Shown here piece by piece: positions 56,374 to 64,000 of a DNA stretch of 64,000 nucleotides; position 1 is the first letter of the stretch; each line of letters begins with the position of its first letter. Origin of the DNA: Candidatus Stammera capleta (lineage in GTDB: Bacteria; Pseudomonadota; Gammaproteobacteria; Enterobacterales; Enterobacteriaceae); assembly GCA_036689275.1 (NCBI GenBank), contig CP144780.1, forward strand, positions 171,248-235,247. Direction: 5' to 3'. The translations under genes were made by a program, and so were the position numbers. The notes beneath the pieces were generated by a model. It made no database searches and had not been told where the DNA came from. It saw nothing but the letters and a program-made list of their open reading frames with translations.

Positions 56374-57252
56374 ATGAAAAATAAAATATTTTTATCTTTA
56401 TTAAAATATTGCAAAAATTTATTAAGTAAAAATAATATATTTTTTGGACATAATAATTATAATGCTAATTCAGAAAGTATACATTTAATATATTCTATAT
56501 TAAATATAAATATAAAAAAAAAATATAATAATATTAAAAAAATAACTATTAAAAAAAAACAAATTAAAAAAATAATAAATATATTAAAATTAAGAATTAA
56601 AAAAAGAATTCCTATGGCATATTTAACTAAAAATACATGATTTTGTAATAAAAAAATTTATGTAAATAAAAATGTTATAATACCTAGATCTCCAATTTCT
56701 GAAATTATAAAAAAAAAAATTCCATTCATAAAATATAAACCTAAATATATTTTAGATTTATGTACAGGAAGTGGATGTATAGCAATTGCATGTTCATATT
56801 TATATAAAAAATCTAAAATAGATGCTACAGATATATCTATATCTGCTTTAAAAATAGCAAAAAAAAATATTCTATTACATAAAATTAAAAATATAAAATT
56901 AATAAAATCTAATTTATTTAAAAATTTAAAACATAAAAAATATAACATAATTATATCTAATCCTCCATATTTAAGTAAAAAAGACATAAAAAATATACCT
57001 AAAGAATATTTATATGAACCTCAAATATCATTAATTACTAAAAATAAAGGACTATATCTTATAAAAAAAATTATAAATCAATCATATTATTTTTTAAAAA
57101 AACATGGATATTTAATATGTGAAGTAGGTCATCAAAAAAAAAAAATTATTAAAAATTATAAAAATCTTAAATTTAAATGAATTAATTTTAAAAATAAAAA
57201 AAATAATGTCTTTTACATTAAAAAAAAAGAATTAAAAAAAATTAAAATTTAA
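56374..57252 (+). CDS. prmB: Ribosomal protein L3 glutamine N5-methyltransferase
   Basis: FFGHNNYNANSESIHL, RIPMAYLTKNTW(TGA)FCNKKIYVNKNVIIPRSPISEII, DLCTGSGCIAIA, ISNPPY and YLICEVG are colinear with E. coli PrmB ([35 protein letters not shown]). Traced to TAA 57250-57252. Confidence 0.85.
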
Positions 57253-58027
57253 ATAAACTTAAAAAATTTTTTTTAGTATACCTTAATATATTAATAAAAC
57301 TTACTTTCTTTAAATCAGATATTTTTTTAATTATTAAAATAATTTTACTAGGATCATTTTTAATACCTCTATAAGGATATGGTGTCAAATAAGGAGAATC
57401 AGTTTCAACTAACAACCTATCTAAAGGAATATATTTAATAATATTTTGTAATTTATAATTATTTTTAAAAGTTATTAAACCTGATATAGAAAAAAATACA
57501 CCTAAATTCAAAAATTTAAATAAAATATCTTTATTACTATAATTATAACAATGTAATATAATATTATTATATTTAATTTTTAAATTTTTTATGACATTTA
57601 TAGTATCTATAGAAGAAAATCGTGAATGTATTATACAAGGTTTGTTATATTTTTGAGAAAGATATAAATGATATTTAAAAATTTTAATTTGTTTGTTTTT
57701 ATTAATATTTTTAATATTACTATAATCTAAACCACATTCCCCTATAGCTACTACTTTTTTATTTAATAAAAATTTTTTTAAATTAAATAAATCATCTTTT
57801 TCCATTTTATGCAAATATAAAGGATGTATACCACAAGATAATTTTATAATATTTTGATCTATACAAGAAATCATAGATAAAATATTAAAAAAATTTTTTA
57901 AATTTACTGAAATACCTATAAGGTATTTAATTTTTTTTTTTTTAAAAAATAATAGTAAATTATTAATATTTTCAGATAAATAATTATCTAATTTATCTAT
58001 ATGACAATGAGAATCATAAAAATACAT
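57242..58027 (-). CDS. ycfH: TatD-family metal-dependent hydrolase/DNase
   Basis: Intact 261-aa ORF with YFYDSHCHID, AIGECGLDY, IIHSR and LVETDSPYL. It lies downstream of holB as ycfH does in E. coli. Confidence 0.85.
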   Translation of the reverse strand: MYFYDSHCHIDKLDNYLSENINNLLLFFKKKKIKYLIGISVNLKNFFNILSMISCIDQNIIKLSCGIHPLYLHKMEKDDLFNLKKFLLNKKVVAIGECGLDYSNIKNINKNKQIKIFKYHLYLSQKYNKPCIIHSRFSSIDTINVIKNLKIKYNNIILHCYNYSNKDILFKFLNLGVFFSISGLITFKNNYKLQNIIKYIPLDRLLVETDSPYLTPYPYRGIKNDPSKIILIIKKISDLKKVSFINILRYTKKNFLSLFKF

Positions 58028-58041
58028 ATATATGTATACCT

Positions 58042-59004
58042 TTAAATTTTTAAATATATAAAACTTATTAATTCATAAATTAAAATATTTTTATTAATAT
58101 TTTTAATATTTTTTAAATTATTCATACAAAATATAATTTTTTTAAAAATTAAAAAAGCATTATTAATAGAAATATATTTATTAAAATACTTAAATAAAAA
58201 TAATATATCTAAATTAAACAAATATTTAATATTATTTAATCTAAATTTAATATAATCTAAAAAAAATGTAACTAAAAAATATAAATTATGATTCAAATAA
58301 ATATTATTAATATTTTTTACTAAAAAATTTATATTATATTTTTTCATATTTAATATATATTTAATTAAATTATTCCTTGTATTCCATAATTTTTTTAATA
58401 TTTTTAAAGAATAAAATAAAGAATTATTACTTAATCTAATAGCAGATAAAATATTTTCTTTACTAAAATTAATTAATTTATATTTTTTAACTAATATATT
58501 ATACAAATAATTTTCATTTAATATTAATAATTTAATTTTATAACATCTACTTATAATAGTAAAAGGTATATAAGTATTATATATACTACTAAAAATAAAA
58601 ATAGATTTATTATATGAAAATTCTAATCATTTAATTAAAAAATTATTAACATAAAAATTTATAAAATTAAATTTAGAAAAATAAATTATTTTAATACCTA
58701 TAAAATTAATATTTTTATATCAATTATTATATATAACTCTTAAAGAGTTTATATTAATATTATCTTTAATATAATAAAAATTTATATAAATTTTATTTTT
58801 AAATAATTTACAACTTTTACATTTATTACATATCTTATATTTTTTTTTTTTACTACATAATATTCACATTATAAAATCTAAAATTAAATTATCAATTTTA
58901 TAATATTTTGAATAACTTATTATCAAATTAAAATTATTAATTTTATTATTTTTATAAAATTTTATAAGATTTATATAATCTTTTTTATTATAAGAATTAA
59001 ACAT
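58042..59004 (-). CDS. holB: DNA polymerase III delta' subunit
   Basis: ATG at 59004, N-terminal half traced. The Zn module CNKCKSCKLFKNKIYINFYY matches E. coli CGHCRGCQLMQAGTHPDYY, and TIISRC matches TLRSRC. Length is 320 aa. Confidence 0.8.
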
Positions 59005-59109
59005 TTTTAATTTAAATATAATTAAATTATGATTATTAATTTTAAAATTATTATAATATATATATTATAATATATATATATATAAATAAAAAATTTAAAG
59101 GTAACTATT

Positions 59110-59700
59110 ATGTTAGTAAGTCACAAAGCACCAAATTTTTCTACCAAGGGAATAAATAAAAATAATGAAATTATAAAATTTAATTTATACAAAAATATTA
59201 ATAAAAAAAATATACTATTATTTTTTTGACCATTAGATTTTACATTTATATGTCCATCTGAAATAATAGAATTAAATAAAAAATATAAAATATTTAAAAA
59301 AAAAAATACTAAAATAATAGGAATTTCTATAGATTCAATATATACACATATAGCATGAAAAAAAACTCCTATTACTAAAGGTGGAATAGGAAATATAAAA
59401 TTTACTATTTTATCTGATATAAAAAGAAAAATACAAAAAATATATAATATAAAACACAAAAAAACAGGAACTTCTTTAAGAAGTACTTTTATAATAGATA
59501 GAAATAAAATAATTAGACATCAATCAATTAATGATTTATTTATAGGAAGAAATATTAATGAATTATTAAGAATTATAGATGCTATAAATTATAATTATAA
59601 AACAAAATTAGTATGTCCAGCTCAATGAAATATAAACGAAAAAGGTATAGAAGAAACTCATGAAAGTATATGTAATTACCTTAAAAAAAAATATAAATAA
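59110..59700 (+). CDS. ahpC: Typical 2-Cys peroxiredoxin (AhpC/Prx1 subfamily)
   Basis: Not in the track. 196 codons traced. KAPNF, LFFW(TGA)PLDFTFICPSE (peroxidatic Cys), HIAW, RSTFIIDRNKIIRH, GRNINELLRIIDA and LVCPAQW (resolving Cys). Confidence 0.85.
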
Positions 59701-59726
59701 GTAATATTATTTATATAATATTACTT
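59699..59726. terminator. Perfect 12-bp-stem/4-nt-loop hairpin between convergent ahpC and rpmG
   Basis: AAGTAATATTAT-TTAT-ATAATATTACTT. It starts inside the ahpC TAA and ends 1 nt before the rpmG stop codon (59728-59730). T-rich sequence flanks it. It is a possible bidirectional terminator. Confidence 0.4.
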
Positions 59727-59727
59727 A

Positions 59728-59895
59728 TTATTTAATTTTATTTTCTTCATATAATATATGTTTTTTAATTATAGGATCATATTTTTTTAAAACTATTTTT
59801 TTTTTAGTATTTAAAAAATTTTTAGTAGAAGTATAAAAATGACCACTTCCCGAAGAAGAAATTAATTTAATTTTAATTCTTTTTTTTTTAGACAT
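59728..59895 (-). CDS. rpmG: 50S ribosomal protein L33
   Basis: Not in the track (55 aa). [55 protein letters not shown] matches E. coli [46 protein letters not shown]. Confidence 0.95.
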   Translation of the reverse strand: MSKKKRIKIKLISSSGSGHFYTSTKNFLNTKKKIVLKKYDPIIKKHILYEENKIK

Positions 59896-59919
59896 AAATT
59901 TTAAATTATATTATTATTA

Positions 59920-60126
59920 TTATAAAAATTTATTAATACCTTTTTTATCTATTATTCTTATAGCTTTAGTAGTTAATTTTAATTTAATAAATTTATTTTT
60001 TTTAGAAGATCAAAAACGATGATTATGTAAATTAGGTAAAAATTTTCTTCTAGATTTATTTAGAGAATAAGATTTCTTATTACCAAATAAAGTTTTTTTT
60101 CCTGTTATAAAACAAAATTTAGACAT
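59920..60126 (-). CDS. rpmB: 50S ribosomal protein L28
   Basis: Not in the track. MSKFCFITGKKTLFGNKKSYSLNKSRRKFLPNLHNHRFW(TGA)SS matches E. coli [40 protein letters not shown]. It forms an rpmB-rpmG pair. Confidence 0.95.
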
Positions 60127-60152
60127 ATATATACCATAAAATTTTAAATAAA

Positions 60153-63100
60153 TTATTTTTTAAGCATTAACTTTATACAATTAGCTAAAAAAATATTTTT
60201 GTAACTATTGGAATCACATTTTAAAGAACCATATATAACAATCATATTATTAATATCAATTAAATTACTATATTTAACATATATATTTTTAAATACTAAT
60301 ACATCTATATTACTAGTACTATCATCTAAATTTAATACACACATTTTATTATTATTTTTAGTATATATAAATTTTATATTAGTAATTAAACCTAATATAG
60401 TCAAAAAATAATTATTTTTAAAATAATATAAATCTTTAATATAAACAAAATTAAAATTTAATTTTATATAATTAATATATTTTTTAACTGGATGATCTGT
60501 TAAATAAAATCCTAAAACTTCTTTTTCTTTATGTAATAAAGATAAATCATCTAATTTAGGTAATGTAATATTTATTTTTTTATATATATTAATTAAATTA
60601 TCATTATAATTATTAAATAAACTTAACTGTTTAAAATCTAAAATATTTTTTTTACTTTTTATTATATTTAATATTTCTTTAATATAATGATACATTATAG
60701 ATCTATTAATTTTAAATATATCTAAAGAACCAGAAAAAATTAATTTTTCTAAAACTAATTTAGTTATTTTTCTATTATATATTAAAATACAAAAATTAAT
60801 ATAATCAGTAAAAATATTATTTTCTTTTCTAATTTTTATTATATGTTTAATAGAACTTTTACCTATACCTTTTATTGCCCCTAAACCATATACTATATTA
60901 TTATTTTTATCTACATAAAAATAATAAATACTTAAATTAATATTAGGATATATAATATTTATATTAAACTTTTTAGCTTCATTAATAATAATTACTATTT
61001 TGTTTATATTATCAATATCAGCATTCATAAAAGAAACTAAATATTCAGCAGTAAAATTAGATTTTAGTCATAGAGTTTGATAAGACAATAAAGAATAAGA
61101 CACTGAATGAGATTTATTAAATCCATAACTAGCAAAATTCTTAATCAATGAAAATATATTTAAAGAAATATCTTTGCTTACTCCAATTTTTTTAGATCCA
61201 TTTAAAAATTTTTTTTTATGTAATTTCATTTTTTCTTTATTTTTATCACCTATTACAACTCTTAAATCATCAGCTTCCCCTAAAGTATAGTTAGATAATA
61301 CCTGAGCAATTTTCATTACTTGTTCTTGATATAAAATTATACCATATGTATTTTTTAATATAGGTTTAAGTAATTTATGTTGACAATTAATATCAGGATA
61401 ATATATATTTTCATTACCATGTTTTCTATTTATAAAATTATCCACCATTCCTGATTTTAATGGACCTGGTCTATATAAAGCTAATAAAGCTATTATATCA
61501 TCAAAATTATCTGGTTTTAATTTTTTTATTAAATCCCTCATACCTTTAGATTCTAACTGAAAAACCGATATAGTATCAGATTTCTTTAATAAAGAAAAAC
61601 TTAAATTATCTCTTAAAGAAATATTATTAATATTTAAATTATTATATAAATATTTTTTTTTATTAATATTAATAATTGTGTTATCTATTACAGTTAGAGT
61701 CCTTAAACCTAATAAATCAAATTTAATTAATCCTACACATTTAATATCATTTTTATCTAATTGAGTAACATATTTATTAGAATCTTTATCATAAAATGTA
61801 GAACAAAAATCAGTAATTAAATTAGGAGAAATTACAATACCACCAGCATGTTTACCTATTCCTTTAATTATTCCTTCTAATTTAAAACAAATATTAAATA
61901 ATTTTCTAATATCTTTATCCTTTTTATATAATGAACTTAATTTATTTTCTATTATTAAAGATTTCTTTAAAGTTATATTAATATCTAAAGGTATTAATTT
62001 AGCTAAATAATCCATATATCCATAAGGATACCCTAAAACTCTACCTACATCTCTTAAAACAGATTTTGTAGTCATAGTACTAAAAGTAACTATTTGAGCA
62101 ACAGATTTACTTCCATAAAGTTTTTCTAAATGAGAAATAACCTTATCTCTTTTTTTCATACAAAAATCAATGTCAAAATCTGGCATAGATACTCTTTCTA
62201 AATTTAAAAATCTTTCAAAAATTAAATCAAATTTTATAGGATCAACATCTGTAATATACAATAAATAAGCAACTAAAGAACCTGCACCAGAACCTCTCCC
62301 AGGGCCAACATATATATTATTATTTTTTGATCAATTTACAAATTCCATAACAATTAAAAAATAATTTGTAATTTTTAATTTAAATATTATTTTAAATTCT
62401 TTATTAATACGTAATAAATATTTATTTTTTAATTCATTATTATTTTTAAAATTAATTCTTTTTTTAAATCCTTTTAAAACCATATTTTTCAGATAATCAT
62501 TAGAAGAAAAAAAATCTAAAAAAGTTAATTTAGGTAATCTAATTTTTTTATCTTCAAATAGAAAATTGCACATTTTAGCAACTTCAACAGTATTATCCAA
62601 TGAAGAAGATAAATCAGAAAATAATTTACACATCTGCATTTCTGTTTTAAAATAATATTCTTTAGTATAATCAATATAATTAGAAATTTTATTTAAATAA
62701 CAACTATAATATATACAAGAACGTATTTTATGAATATAAAAATCTTTTTTTTTAAAGAAAAGAACTTTATTAGTAGCTATTAATGGTGTAGAAGTTTCTT
62801 TAGAAATAAATATAATATCTTTAATATAAGTATCTTGATATTTATGAGATAAACGAAATATTTGCATATATAAGTAATGAAAATATTTTTTAAAAAACAA
62901 AATATGATTAATAACTATTTTATTTTTATAATTAAAAAATTTTTTATTTAATATAGAATAATAATTTATAGAATATAATAATACTAAACCATTACTAAAT
63001 TGATTTAATAATTCATAATCAATGTATAAAAATAATATAGAATTATCATAATTTTTATAAGCAATAGAAATTAATTTTAATAAATTATTATAACCTATTT

Positions 63101-63368
63101 CATTCATTACTAATAAAGTAGAAAAATTTATACTGTAAATTTCTTTAAAAAATATACCAATATCAATTCCAAAAATTGGTTTAATTCCATAAAAATAAGA
63201 TTTTTTAGAAAATTTTACTATAGAAGATAAATTAAAATAATCTGTTAAAGCTATACATGGTGTTTCTAATTTATATGCATATTTTAAAATATCATTTACT
63301 TTACATATACTATCTATAATAGAATAATCACTATGAACATTAAGATGTACAAATTTTGGATCATACAT
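60153..63368 (-). CDS. dnaE: DNA polymerase III alpha subunit
   Basis: Three fragments share one frame, and both gaps were traced. PHP domain [53 protein letters not shown] and [10 protein letters not shown]. Length is 1071 aa versus 1160 in E. coli. Confidence 0.95.
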
Positions 63369-63382
63369 ATAAATAATAATTT

Positions 63383-63880
63383 CTAATTAATTTTTTTAAT
63401 AATATTATTAGTAATATCTAAAATATTAAAATTATTATAAATAACTACATTAGAATCAATTATTAAATCTATTTTTTTATTTTTAATTAATAAATTAATA
63501 ATATTATTAATTTTAAATAAAATTTTCTTATGAATTTTTAAATTTTCTTTATTAATTTTTAACTCTAAATTATTAATTTTTTTATATATATTATTTTTTT
63601 TAAAATTAATTTTATCTTTTAAAATTATTAAATTTCTTTTATTAATTATTTTTTTTTTATTAACTATTTCTTTTTCTTTTTTAATTAAATAATTTATTTT
63701 ATTATTTAATTTAATATATTTTTTATTAATTTTAATTTTTAATTGTTTAATAAAATTCTGATATTCAATAGAATTTTTAAATATTTTATTAAAATTAATA
63801 ATTGCAATTTTAGAAATAGATAAATTGAAAATACTTAAAAATAATATAAAAAATCCTAATATACTAACTTTTTTTTTCAT
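63383..63880 (-). CDS. skp: Periplasmic chaperone Skp (OmpH)
   Basis: Intact 165-aa ORF with a signal peptide. KIAIINFNKIFKN matches E. coli KIAIVNMGSLFQQ, and IDLIIDSNVVIYNNFNILDITNNIIKKI matches [28 protein letters not shown]. Confidence 0.85.
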   Translation of the reverse strand: MKKKVSILGFFILFLSIFNLSISKIAIINFNKIFKNSIEYQNFIKQLKIKINKKYIKLNNKINYLIKKEKEIVNKKKIINKRNLIILKDKINFKKNNIYKKINNLELKINKENLKIHKKILFKINNIINLLIKNKKIDLIIDSNVVIYNNFNILDITNNIIKKIN

Positions 63881-63901
63881 ATTAAAATCCTTTAAAAAAA
63901 A

Positions 63902-64000
63902 TTAAATAAAATTATCTGTATTAAATTGTATATAATTAATTTCATCAAAATTATTATATTTAATAGGAATACCAAAAGATAAATTCAATGGACCTATAGG
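63902..64000 (-). CDS. bamA: Outer-membrane protein assembly factor BamA, C-terminal 32 codons (rest outside the window)
   Basis: PIGPLNLSFGIPIKYNNFDEINYIQFNTDNFI is colinear with the E. coli BamA C-terminus (..[30 protein letters not shown]). TAA is at 63902-63904. It lies upstream of skp as in E. coli. Confidence 0.7.
   Translation of the reverse strand, partial: PIGPLNLSFGIPIKYNNFDEINYIQFNTDNFI

Overview
This window is a gene-dense, extremely A+T-rich chromosome segment. By eye the genes are roughly 10-15% G+C, and by hand count the two large spacers are about 98% A+T. Gene order is a patchwork of E. coli-type neighbourhoods: thrS-infC-rpmI-rplT-pheST-ihfA, lepA-lepB-rnc-era, secE-nusG-rplKAJL-rpoBC, miaB-ybeZ-ybeY next to a Leu/Gln/Met tRNA cluster, recC-recB-recD, and bamA-skp...dnaE. 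The source is therefore most likely a genome-reduced, Enterobacterales-derived obligate endosymbiont. UGA is read as Trp (translation table 4), so the supplied standard-code ORF track fragments or misses almost every gene. Re-read with TGA=Trp, the window holds 57 protein genes (rne and bamA are cut by the window edges), 4 tRNA genes without encoded CCA, three A/T hairpin or palindrome elements, and two 0.5-0.7 kb A/T-only spacers. Every gene I traced codon by codon is intact: interruptions are TGA only, with no TAA/TAG and no frameshift. I see no rRNA, CRISPR, IS, phage or plasmid genes, and no toxin-antitoxin or defence-like cassette. I did not find a new multi-gene system, because almost every base is explained by housekeeping genes. 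The unusual signals are finer-scale:
- the recoded stop codon;
- a 32-nt poly(A) run inside rpoB, plus many other long coding homopolymers;
- a ThrRS lacking its N-terminal editing half, and a LeuRS with eroded editing motifs;
- an intact SpeD homologue in which all three catalytic residues are replaced;
- a DksA without an acidic coiled-coil tip;
- CCA-less tRNA genes alongside a retained RNase Z;
- a fully intact recBCD;
- clean excision of the lipid A genes between skp and dnaE;
- recurrent T(n)A(n) palindromic tracts in the spacers.
All homology statements come from my memory of E. coli sequences, not from searches.
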